Below, in pieces: positions 52,081-64,000 of a stretch of 64,000 nucleotides of DNA. How positions within the stretch are numbered: position 1 is the first letter of the stretch; each line of letters starts with the position of its first letter. The position numbers and the translations under genes are program-made. The notes under the pieces were generated by a model. It was not told the DNA's origin and made no database searches. It saw nothing but the letters and a program-made list of their open reading frames with translations. Origin of the DNA: Octopus bimaculoides (lineage: Eukaryota); the NCBI RefSeq assembly GCF_001194135.2, contig NC_068989.1, forward strand, positions 60,185,053-60,249,052, given 5' to 3'.

Positions 52081-53185
52081 ATCTCTTTCTCAATTTCAGC
52101 ATTACTGTTTGTTTGCAGTTCTTCTTTTATATCCTGTAGGGTGGACTCCAAACTATGATCCTGAGGCGCTATACGAAATTTGTCAGTTGATTGGCAGCAT
52201 TCCTCGAAATATGCGACCCACAAGGCCGTAACAGTTGTACCCAGGATTTCAAAGAAAACGAGACTACTTTTTAGGCAGTATAAAAACGACAAAATGATAG
52301 TTCAAATCCCAGATTTTACGAAGTATTATTTCTCAGCGATCCAGAAGACATGCTCAATATAACTCAAAACCATGGAGGATATTGGAATCTACAATCCTAA
52401 ACAATTCTATGTGGAAGCACACAGAGTTGTTGTTATCATGTAAGTGGTTTACTCTGATCAACGCATGTATAAATTTAATTCTTATGTAAATATCTTGTTT
52501 TAACATACATTTATAATTATTTCTGTGTAGAATTTGCTTTATAAATTTTAATCATATATTGGATGGCGACATTTACCTGTCCCCAGTCTTTATACGTATT
52601 CTTTTCCCCCCATCAAACGCGTCTTTGTAATACCCCCTGTTTAAGTTACTTTGTATTTTCTGTATTTAAGTTTTTGCAGCTAATAAAGAAAATATAGTGG
52701 TTTCTGATTTAGGGTTAATGATGTTCTGATGATGAGTTAGCCGATCAATCGATATCAGGATTTGACGGCTCCTTTATTTTATCAACCACTGGGGGAATGA
52801 AAGCGAAGTTAATCCCTAACTTTTAACCTATTGACTCCAATATAATCGCTTCCACTCTTATCCAATTTTGTGGCGTTATACTTATGTCAGAAAACAAAAC
52901 TACATGTGTTAGTGTCGTTATTTTCCGAGCCAAGAGGCAGAAACAGTAGATGACAATATAGTATTTAGTTTTCAATCCCTTGATTTTAATTCAGGCCGTT
53001 GTTGAATTTGATTTACACTTCATCCTCAGATTAATGATTACAAATTTTTGTACAAAGCTAGCACGTTTTGAAGGAAAGGCTAAATAGATTACTACGACGC
53101 CAGTACTTAACTGGCACTTATTTTATCGACACCGAAAGAGGAAAGGCAAATTTGAACAAAGAGCATAAAGACAGGACAAAATACT

Positions 53186-53418
53186 ACAGTTCTATATTTA
53201 AGAGATGATGAATTATGTACATTATTTACATTTGACGGATATTTGTCCTCGTCTTGTTTGTTGTTAACACAACGTTTCGGCCGATATACCCTTCAGCCTT
53301 CATCAGGTGTCTTGAAGAAATTTCGAATCTGGGTTCTCATTCCTAAGGTATTTTTCGATGTTGTTGTTGCTATTAGTATTATTATTATTAAGGTCACTGC
53401 TTGGAATCCAGGCAGTGA

Positions 53419-53454
<36 letters not shown>

Positions 53455-53553
53455 CAACAACAACATCGAAGGGTATCTCAGCCGAAACGTTGTGTTAACA
53501 ACAAGCAAGATAAGGACAAATATCCGACATTTGTAAATAATGTAAATAATGTA
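53186..53553. mobile_element. Non-coding palindromic PLE derivative
   Basis: Two inverted copies of the PLE 3' region, centred at about 53405; exact 11-bp TSD gacaaaatact (53175-53185, 53554-53564). Confidence 0.9.
53266..53311 (-). ncRNA. Minimal type I hammerhead ribozyme motif
   Basis: GACAC-CUGAUGA-A-GGCUG(aagggUaUaU)CGGCC-GAAAC-GUU-GUGUU: 5-bp stem I, 5-bp stem II, palindromic AACGUU stem III; activity untested. Confidence 0.8.
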
Positions 53554-55300
53554 GACAAAATACTGTTAAGAATTTTGTTCGGCATGCTTACGGTTCTACC
53601 AGCTCACCGCCTTCGTCTACAGGCTAATAAAAAATGTACACAGTGTGCGAGAGTGGAGTCATTCGTCTATACTCTTTCCCTATACTTTCTGTGCCTGTGA
53701 GAAAAATGAAACGGTTGATACTTTTACTTTTGCTACAGTTTTGATATTGCCCAAAACAGGGTTTTTAGCAACATTTCTTCCTCTCCGGAACTGCTGGACC
53801 AAGATGTAATTCCATCAAAGATGTTCTCTGTTATATAAAAATATTTAAAAGGGTGCAGCAAAGAAAAAACAATTATTTTTACAATGTAGAAACACAACCA
53901 ACGAATATGTCAACTGTGACAATCAATTGGATTTGATTAGTTATGGCCGACAAATATAATATTGAACAGAAGCAACAATTAATTATTGATTGATATGCAT
54001 AAAAGAAAACATTCTTCGTAGAATATTAGTGTGAAATACCCTACCGTATTTACTTTATAATTTTTGTTTATGAATTGAAATTTTGCTTTACTTTCTTTGT
54101 TGCATGTAAATTCACTACAAATGTTAACAAGTTTTCATTGAAAACAACGATTATTTTCAAATCTTAGTTCTATGCATGGGTAAAAATACTTCAAGACGTC
54201 ACTGCAGCATTTGGGTATTTCGAGAATAGTGTGAATGGTAGATAATATATAGAAATAAGTTACCAAATTAATCATAGTTTCAATTTCATACAACTCGGGT
54301 CTGATTTCAAATCTTAGCAGGATAACGTTCGACATTCATCTTTTGCGGGTTGATGAAATATGTAGAGTTGTTTTTCTGGCTAAGGAAAAAATTGTTATTA
54401 AGTTATTTCAGTAAAGATTATTCTAGACAACTCATGATACCGAATGGCTCTGGTCTTAGATACATATAGAGAAATACCGAAATTGTTAATGCTGCTGTCG
54501 AAACATATTACGGAACGATAATTGAAATCTAGACGATGTTTCTTGAAACACTTCCGTCAGATATAACTTAGATTAATTTCTATGTAGAGTGAAGTGAGAA
54601 ACAAAGGATTAGAGTAGCAGGCATTAAAGCTATTCGTAGAAATTAGATTACAGTTAAAAAAGATTTAATCTATCAAATAATCTAATCTATCAGTGCTCAT
54701 AAAACCAACACAAAAGCTGAAATTACCCCGCCACCTAACAAACGGCCTTCAAACTCATCACCATCTCTCATAGAGTTGCTGTTATAACAAAGAACAACAA
54801 ATGCAATTCCTACAGATTTTATTACTACTGGCTCGAACAATACAATCAGATTATAGTCAGATTATATTGATTCCATACAGAGGCACCGAGTTTCAGACTT
54901 TTTAGAAAAGAGGTTGTGATAAAGAATGACATTCATGCCTTTCTAATAACTCGCTATGAATGATAAACGAAAAAGAACAATAATCAGAAATCGAAACTGT
55001 CTTCAACCCGGTTCATGCTATATATAAAATAATTATAATTTAATATTTTATCAAAATTGTTGGTGCTTATATGCTTCTACAGAATGATGACAGGAATAAC
55101 AGTTTTCGAAGGAAAAAAGTATTAATTACATTAAAATACAATTATATAAAACAAATTGCATATTTGTATATTGCAAGCAATCTATGTCATCATTTTTATA
55201 AAAAATTATCAACATAAATCGCAAGTACTCCATCGAAAACCGACCACTGAAAAATTTAATTAAAAATGTCTATTTTCAAAAGGTTATAAGACACCTTTTA

Positions 55301-55428
55301 TATTGGTTCCAAATTTTGGCACAATGCCACCAATGTTGTGGGAATGGGTAGGCAAAGTTAATCTGGCGGAATATGAACTCAGAACGTAAAGATGGGCGAA
55401 ATATCGCTAACTATCTTCTCTGGCGTAT
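55301..55428 (-). mobile_element. Internally deleted SINE family B
   Basis: ttggttccaaattttggcacaatgcc joined to ggcaaagtt...gaactcagaacgtaaag. Confidence 0.55.
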
Positions 55429-55902
55429 CTTTTGCTATCACACTAATCATACTTCTACTATCACACTTCTTGCACCGTTTATATTAACTCTATCTCACTT
55501 TTACAGTCTCTCTTCCTTTCACAATAGTATATAAAGCGTATCTGGAGAAATCAATGGACTAACCCCCTACTTTTATATCGACTGTAATTAAATAAAGATA
55601 GTAATAATGTTAGAATTTGCCAGTCGTTTGGTAACCCGCATCTAGTAAAGTTCTGTTAAATTACTCTTGTGAAACTTCCGCCTAACTAAAGCTGTGCAAT
55701 TTGCAATGGCAATAGAAAATATACTTCTATCCAACGTAGACTGATACACATCTGAATCCACGTGCAGTTGCACTGATATGGATGATGGCATAGAGTAAGA
55801 TACAAGTAAAAGTTCATGGATCTGACTTTATGAATCGCTGGAAGATATTTGCTCAACTAGATCCCTCTTCTTTTTATTCTCTTCTTCCTTACCCAACTCT
55901 TC

Positions 55903-57653
55903 TTCTCACTTATCTCTAACTTAATAAGTATGATTTCACACCTGAAATAGAAAGATTTCACAATAGATTATATTTAAGACAGTTAAAGTAGGGAACAGCT
56001 GCGATCTAGTTTAACTAGATAAATAAACACAATTTTTAACAAAATTGCTGAGTCGAATATAAAGAAGATACAACTTACATTTAGACGGGAAATCCAATTT
56101 ATATGAATAACATCGGTATGTAAATGACTATATCATTCTACAATATTTCTTTTCTCCCTTCCTCGCATCCTCCAATCCTCCCCGCTTCCTGCTTCTTCTT
56201 CATGTCGCTTGAGCTGCGTGCCAGACAGTCAGATGATGTGCTGATATCGAACGCAACAACATTCGTTTGATATATTTATCGAGGATGAAGACCTATTGTC
56301 GAACGATGTAAGCTTGAAGGCCCTGAGTTTGGATCATATTTGGCAGATTATCTTTTTCGGAAAAGAATATTTGTCTCTCCAAAGACGTCTTGGGATCTTT
56401 ACGAAATATAATCAAGTGCATCCTTAAAGTAGTAAAATTTACACATGTAACTGTGGAATGACGTGTATGAATTAGCATCGGGCTATAAGTTTTGACCATA
56501 ACTAGTTCTGTGGCTTAAGATCTACTAATACCATAAATATATATAGCAGTAAAATAATCACTTCAGGTTAATCATCGCATTATCTTTTACGAGGCATTGC
56601 TGAAAAGTTCTTGACTTTGGGTAAAAGAAAATACAGAAAGAGTAGTTAATTATGATTTTATTCAACATATTCCCCTCTCAGCTTCACACACTTAATGCAG
56701 CAGTCCTTCAGTTTTCCTAAGCCCTGTAAAATAACTCGTAATATTGGGACTCCAACCAGGTCTTTCACAATACCCTTAAAGCCAACACCCCATTGTAAAG
56801 AAGAAAAGAATATGTACATTTTGTTAGAAATGTCAAAATGTCTGATAAAATGTCATCTTTTGTCAATAGAGCGGTGGGTAGTAGTAACAGTTCAATGGCT
56901 GGTGAAATAGTTTGCAATCCTCAATCACTTTCCTTATCTATTATGAACACAACACGTTGGATTTCGAAAAGTTATAAATCTTTATCAGTCACATGTTAAA
57001 CAGAAGCGGTACTAATTAGCATTATAGACGTTTAAGTAGTTTGTTCCATTTACCAGCATTTTGAGTTCAAATCCTATACAGAACAGTCCAGTTTGTTTAT
57101 AAAATGCTGGGTCAGTAAAATAGATAGCAATCATGACTATACACCCATCCAAAAGTTTATGGAGATGTCCTAGTTGAAATAGATCATTCATTTATTTGTT
57201 ACAATTATATTGCTAAAGTCGTTTATGAAATATTGCATCTCTTATGAAATATTTTACATTTTGTTTACTCAGTTTCTCTTGTAAAGATATATTGAATATG
57301 ATCTGTAAGATATAGTTAACATCAGTCCAATAGTTGAGAAATTCATTCTTCAGCTACAGCTATAAACTATTCCTTCAGTGCAATATAACGAATGGAGAAA
57401 GGCGAAAAGAATTTCTCACTTATCTCTAACTTAATAAGTATGATTTCACACCTGGAATAGAAAGATTTCACAATAGATTATATTTAAGACAGTTAATGTA
57501 GGGAACAGCTGCGATCTAGTTTAACTAGATAAATAAACACAATTTTTAACAAAATTGCTGAGTCGAATATAAAGAAGATACAGCTTACATTTAGACGGGA
57601 AATCCAATTTATATGAATGACATCGGTATGTAAATGACTATATCATTCTACAA
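55903..57653 (+). repeat. 241-bp near-identical direct repeats (55903-56143 and 57413-57653)
   Basis: 4 substitutions counted by eye; offset 1510 bp. Confidence 0.92.
56588..56740 (+). mobile_element. Possible mariner-type terminal fragment / MITE
   Basis: Starts tacgaggcattgctgaaaagtt, contains ttttattcaacatattcccct, ends ctcgta; only 6 bp of inverted ends. Confidence 0.4.
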
Positions 57654-59249
57654 GTTTTGTTCTCAAAAGATAACTGGATGCCAAGACATTTATGTCGTAA
57701 AAACAAAAATATTTTTAGCCGTGAGTGCCGAGAGAAAATTACGAGTGACACATCTCTCACTTTGAATATCATGAAAAGGGAAGACATGTACGATATTGAG
57801 ACTTTGCAAAGTTATAAGAAGTTAGTGAAACTGTGCTAATATTTGAATGATTTATGACGGGTAGAACAATGGGAAATTTCTGTGTAATTTATCTACTAGA
57901 TAAGGACAGGTCGAATGGCGTAAACATAATACAATAATGGCAGGCAAAATTAGCTTCATATTTAATATCTCCTGAGACTGATACGCCTGGTTAATAATTT
58001 GGAACATGCTTCAACACAAAGACTTTAATATCAGAAAATAAATAAATAAATAAATTTAGAGTCTGCAATTTTAAAAACAAGTAAAAATGTTAATTAAATC
58101 ACACGAAAATGGAATGATTTTCTTGAGATTACATTGACGTTGTTTATAGTGAAAATATAAACAATAGTCCATCTAATAAAACATAATCTTAATTTCTCTT
58201 AATTTATACCCAAGCATGTTTTGTTCGGTGTTGCGATATTTGACACTGTGTTGTTTTCTAAAGAGTAGAGTTTTACCGACGCGAGAAAAAAAAGAACGAA
58301 ACCCTAATATACAATACTATTAGCGATAGAATGTTGACAGCTCAGACATAAATCCATGTCACATCATAATATTAAATAAAGATTATGAAGATTTTAATGG
58401 AAAAATATTGATTTTGTTCAGAGACACAAAGCCAACAACTTTTAAGGATGGAAGTGGAAGAGATTCTGAGAATCTTGTGTCTTTAGGATTAGTGGCGTAA
58501 AAACCAACATCTTACTTCACCCGGGAAATAATTCTCATTCACAAAGTGAGCTTTCCAGGTAATTATTACTTTCTATGCGATACTTGTCATCAACTAAAAT
58601 GTTCGCTTAACAAAATAGCCACAAATTAATAGTGAAGAAGGAATTAATTGCGTGATTTTATGACATAAATAAAAGACATGCAAAATTCCATAAAGAACAT
58701 TGTAATTTCTCGAGTACTTACAAAAGACATTCGTAAATAATCGTTTCTTATGCAGCCATGAACTTTATGGCGGCAGTTATACGAAGTTTGATACGAAACA
58801 GGGTCAAACAACAACAACAACAACAGGGGATGTTGTTCTGCGCGGAGCACTGGTGTAACTTAAAAAGAACGTTGAAGCTATAAGGTGTTACTGCATTTCA
58901 CTACAAAGGAGGCAATGAAAGTTTGAGGAAAATTGTTTTACCTGGGTTCGAATACCGTTCATAACATCATTTCAATATTTGGTGAATAAAAATATTCGAT
59001 GAACAAATAGAAAAGCAATGTTTTTAAAGAAAGAGAACTATTGATTGAATATATGATGGTGCGACATATAACTAATAGATATTGATTGAAGGAAGAGGAA
59101 ATGCTTCGCTGACATCAGCAGATTATGAACTTTAAAATTTGCATGCTAAAAGACAAACCTAAACACTAAATTATTTGAGGTTGGTACATATTTTTTTCCT
59201 GTGGCCCAAATGCATTCATGATACATCTGCAAGCCATACACACCTCGCT

Positions 59250-59310
<61 letters not shown>

Positions 59311-59390
59311 GTACATTATATATATATATTATATACACACACACATACATGCATACACACACTCACATATACAAACATACATACATACAT

Positions 59391-59773
59391 GTTGTTGTTG
59401 ACACTCCGTCGCTTACGACATCGAGGATTCCAGTTCATCCGATCAACGTAACAGCCTGCTCGTGAAATTAACGTGTAAGGGGCTGAGCACTCTACAGACA
59501 TGTGTACCCTTAACATAGTTCTCGGGTATATTCAGCGTGACACAGTGTGACAAGGCTGGCTCTTTGAATTAGAGGCACAACAGAAACAGGAAGTAAGAGT
59601 GAGAGAAAGCTGTGGTGAAAGAGTACAGCAGAGTCGCTACCATCCCCTGCCGGAGCTTCGTGGAGCTTTTAGGTGTTTTCGCTCAATAAACACTCACAAC
59701 GCCCGGTCTGGGAATCGAAACCTCGATCCTATGACCGCGAGTCCGCTGCCCTAACCACTGGACCATTGCGCCT

Positions 59774-59775
<2 letters not shown>
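59391..59775 (-). mobile_element. SINE family A within a (CA)n/(CATA)n tract
   Basis: Full length, more diverged than the other copies. Confidence 0.92.
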
Positions 59776-59814
<39 letters not shown>

Positions 59815-59829
59815 TACATAACATACAAC

Positions 59830-61893
59830 AAAGACAGTACCATTATTAGTTTTGAAGACAGAGTAAAAGATAACTGGTTTACCGAAGACCATCAGTCATG
59901 TAATGATGCTTATTGCATGCAAACAAGCAAATCACCAACAGAACGTAAAGCAGGAGATAGAAATGACGTTTGGAGACAGCAAAGAGAGGACACTCACTCG
60001 CAAACTGATTACCTTCAAGCAGGAGCTAAAAGCTGTCAGTGAAAAACTCCGACATCAGAAACGAATAACCAAGAGAAGAACAATAAGCAAAAAAGTTAAC
60101 TGCAACCAGGCAGCATTATACAAAGACATGCGAGTAGGGGCAGTAAACATCACAGAAGTTCCTTCACGAGAAGACATAGACTCCTTCTAGAAGAAAATTT
60201 GGAGTGAAGAGATGAAATTTAACCAAGATGCTCTGTAGCTGGAAGAAATCCGAAAAAGCTATTGCTCCTGTGTTACATCCAAGACATACAACATTGATGG
60301 TGAAACTCTTGCAACTGTGATCCAGAAACATTACAGGATGGAAAGGCACCTGGAAGAGACTTAATTGTTGGATATTGGTACAAGAAGCTAACTTTCTACC
60401 GACCATATCTTATCAATCTATACCAGCAAGGTCTCATTGGGAACAGCAGCATACCACACTGGCTAGCTTTGGCAGAGACAAAATTGATCTCCAAATGCAG
60501 AACCAGCCACATGGCAAAAACCTACTGGCCAGTTGCATGCCAGAACTTAATGTATAAGGTATATACAACATGTTTAAATCTCTTCCTCCAAGACCATTGT
60601 GAAACCAATAACATTATCAAAGCAGAACAAGCAGCTGAGAAGAAGGGAGTCTAGAGATGTGCCGAGCAATTGTTAATCAAGCAAACTGTGATGTCAGAGG
60701 TGCTAGACTACAAGAAAGCCTTTGACTCTGTTCCTCACTCATGGATGTTAGAAGCCCTTCAACTTGCTAAAGTTCCAGTGAGAATAGTCAAAGCCATAGC
60801 TTACCTGACTTTACCGTGGGCCACCATCTTGAAATTAAACACAAAGAGTGGATGTATTATCACCGATATCGCAATGGCATATTCCAAGGGGACAGCCTCT
60901 CTGTGATGTTGTTTATACCTTCAGTAAACTCCTTGTCATTCATGTTAAGGAAGTCTGAAGGATATCTCACTGGTTCATAAGGAAACAGAATTACCAAAAT
61001 TACAAGCTGTTTCTTTGTGGATGACTTAAAACTTTATGCAAAAAATATGCATGAGATGAAAAAGAGCCTTGACCTAGTTACAATGCTCGAAGGTTGTAGG
61101 GTTGGAGTTTGGTGAGGATAATTTTTGTTATATGGTTGTGAAAAGGGGGAAAACTATAAACCAGACTAGTAACATCTCCATCAATGATTTAAGTGTTTCC
61201 TCTGTATCTGACGAGGAAAGTTACACGTATCTAGGAGTGGATGAAAATATATCTTACAATGGCACCTGTAAAAAAACACGCGTCACTAAAGAATATTATA
61301 GCCGAATAAAGAAAATTTGGATCTGAGAACTCTCTGCATTCAATAAAACAGTGGACCACAATGTGTTTGCAGTGCCAGTACTCATACCAACATTTGGGGT
61401 GCTTGATTGGACGCTTGATGAGATCCGAGCCATTGATGTGAAAACCCGAAAAATACTAACAAGCACACAATTTCCACATAAACAGTGACATAGACCGCCA
61501 CCACCTAGAACGCAAACAAGGCGCTAGACGCTTAACATCCATCCAAAATGCCTTTGAATGTCGCATTACACCCCTTCGGCAACATCTTTTAACCACCAAG
61601 TGTCGAAGTGCATCCCTTGACCAAGTTTGCATACATGAGGCTGATAACATTATAAGACTTGGAAGGCAGCTCCTTGAGCAACACTCTTTGTCTGATAACC
61701 TAGAACACATTCCCAAAGAAGTCGCATGACTCTACCACAACGTATCATCAGATGAAAGGAAGAGCCTATATGAGCAGAGGACTATGCATAGATACGTAAG
61801 CAGAAAACTCCGTGATTATAGTAACATTGATCATAAAAGCATTTTATCATGGACCAGTAGCCGGATTACTACCTCCCACTTTGCAATCCAGGA
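59830..61893 (+). mobile_element. R4/Dong-like LINE RT region, decayed and truncated at both ends
   Basis: KAPGRD, DYKKAFDSVPHSW, IFQGDSLS (60879-60899), FVDDLKLY (61014-), [17 protein letters not shown]. No intact restriction-like endonuclease seen; clade assignment is from motif memory. Confidence 0.8.
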
Positions 61894-61965
61894 TGTATGT
61901 ATGTATGTATGTATGTATGTATGTATGTATGTATGTATATGTATGTATGTGTGTGCGTATGTATA
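61893..61965. repeat. (TATG)n microsatellite
   Basis: Direct reading. Confidence 0.95.
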
Positions 61966-62305
61966 CAAAAGTTATAATCCCTTGAACCTTAAAGTATTTT
62001 GCTACATTCAACAGTTATCAGCAAGGAGAAATACAGTAATTTTAGAAAGCCTATCATTTATNNNNNNNNNNATATATATAAACACAAACGTCTTCAAACC
62101 GTATAAATTAATCATTATGAAAAACGTGTTCAATGAGTTAAAGGTCTAATATTCAATGATAATTATGAAATTTTAAATTATTCAACGCATATCGAGATAA
62201 CGATTGCACTATTTCGAACATTTTTCTTCCCCTTAATCTTATTAGTATATCACTTCGCTGATAAGTGTGACATTAAACCTTACAATTCAATAACTTGTTC
62301 ATATC

Positions 62306-62347
62306 TATCTATATATCTATCTATCTATCTGTCTATCTATCTATCTA

Positions 62348-62376
<29 letters not shown>
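62306..62376. repeat. (TATC)n(TGTC)n microsatellite
   Basis: Direct reading. Confidence 0.93.
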
Positions 62377-62379
<3 letters not shown>

Positions 62380-63663
62380 AGCATATATATATACTATATA
62401 ACACTTGCGGTGTCATAAGAATATATATGGATATAACTGATTCAAGAGATCTCATTCAGTTAAATGTCATATTTGAGATAATTATTATAGCATTTTATTG
62501 ATTGATATACTGATTTAGTCGCATATATCAAAGCCAACGGGATGTATATATGAAATTTAAACAGAGCTGAGGTTAAGGAAACGTCAAGTGTTATGCTATG
62601 CTTATATAAGTATCACTGTTAATTAATCTCGGTAGTATAAGAAGTTACAAAATAATCTTAATGAATATATAGAATTCATCAAATTTGGAATGAAGGCGTT
62701 TTTGTAGCTGTGGGTTATAGTTGTTGCGTCAATAAATATTCTTTAATAAATTTCTGTTTCTTAGTTCGGTCAAAGTACTTGGTATTGTCGGCAAGTTTGT
62801 TTTCCTATCACTTCGAATTTACTTGTGCTTCATATGTAGAAAGTTTGGTAGGAGAAATTCTATGCACGCTTGTCATGTATGTATGTATGTATGTATGTAT
62901 GTATGTATGTATGTATATAATTCAGTTTATTTCAAGATTTCTTGCCAATAGAGAAAGAACCGGCTTCTAACCTAGATCTCAGATTCCCTCATTAGGATGT
63001 AACATATTACTGTGTGTGTAGTGTAAACTGGCTATAATAATGTGCTTGTGTGGTTTTGGAGTTGGTGCTGGGCAAATTATCTGTGAGGGAGGTTATCGAT
63101 ATAAGTATTATATATAAGTATGACCGACACGACGATGGCAGGCAAGGTGTAGTACACCGAACCATTGCGACAGCCTACGTGCCAGAGTGCTGCGGTAATT
63201 TTGAATGTAAATGCCAATTTGTTTTCAGCAATATGACCTGTCAGAGGTCAGTCAACTTGCCCAAATATAAAAAGCCGTAGAGGTGGTATTTTATGCAACA
63301 CGTTGTGTTGAAAATTTTTTTCGTCTTGTAAAATAATCGGGGATATAGACAGATCAGGTAAACTTATGTAGCATAGTGGCAATTCATCCCGAGCGTTCAA
63401 TACTTCTTACCTTTGCACAAAACTCTAGTCCAGCACTCTTGCTCTCCTTCATCTGAACGAACTTGTCTTCACTCTTAAGCTTCCTCCTTTCTGGTGACTT
63501 CTAATAAAGAAGCAAACTTAAAAAAATATATACTGTAAACTTCATAAATATTTCGTGACATTATATGCTGATGAAAAATTAACATTACGAATGACAATTA
63601 TAACAATGCATATCGGTGTTATGCACACGTAAATACATTCATACATACATACCACACCCATAT

Positions 63664-64000
63664 ATATGTATATGCTCCGTTGGATGTGTAATGTCAATGT
63701 GAATACCCGTCAGAGTGTAAGTATCTTGAGAGAAAAGCTGAACATTAGAAGCATCAGTTGTGGCGTGCAAGAGAGACGATTGCGCTGGTATGGACATGTG
63801 GTGAGAATGGAGGAGGATAGCTGCGTGAAAAAGTGCCACACCCTAGCAGTTGAGGGAACCCGTGGAAGAGGTAGGCCCAGGAAGACCTGGGCTGAGGTGG
63901 TGAGGTAAGACCTTCGTACATTGGGCCTCACCGAGGCGATGACTACGGACCGAGACCTTTGGAAATGGGCTGTGCGTGAGAAGACCCGGCAAGCCAAGTA
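63664..64000 (+). mobile_element. RTE-clade LINE 3' end (5'-truncated, runs off the window)
   Basis: MLRWMCNV...RRLRWYGHVVRM...RGRGRPRKTW...DRDLWK, typical RTE ORF C-terminus. Confidence 0.88.

Larger units (their letters stand above)
53037..53614 (-). mobile_element. SINE family B interrupted by a PLE-derived insertion
   Basis: Family B sequence runs to ...gacaaaatact (53185) and resumes after the duplicate at 53554-53564. Confidence 0.65.

Noticed and set aside
55903-57653. LTR retrotransposon interpretation of the direct repeats
   Set aside because: No TG/CA ends, primer-binding site, polypurine tract, TSD or gag/pol remnants

Overview
AT-rich, repeat-saturated eukaryotic DNA with many assembly gaps. 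It is intergenic or intronic: I recognise no host protein-coding exon, rRNA, true tRNA gene or CRISPR array. The SINE families, dense microsatellites and LINE types best fit a cephalopod (Octopus-like) genome; this is inference and unverified. The window holds three tRNA-derived SINE families (my labels A, B, C). It holds three Tc1/mariner elements with both TIRs and TA target duplications (a DD41D element, a DD34D mariner, and an internally deleted mariner carrying a nested SINE). It also holds decayed LINEs (CR1-like, R4/Dong-like, RTE, L1/Tx1-like) and three separate sets of Penelope-like element (PLE) remnants. The most striking feature is one PLE family whose 3' region reads GIY-YIG ORF end, tRNA-like A/B-box module, (AAT)n, minimal hammerhead ribozyme, terminus. 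That family has also produced a short palindromic non-coding derivative with an exact 11-bp target duplication. Second is a CR1-type RT element whose 5' part encodes a Myb/SANT-like domain and a Gln-rich tract, with no visible APE endonuclease. Most ORFs in the supplied track are microsatellite or N-gap artefacts. Boundaries were read by eye and may be off by a few bases.
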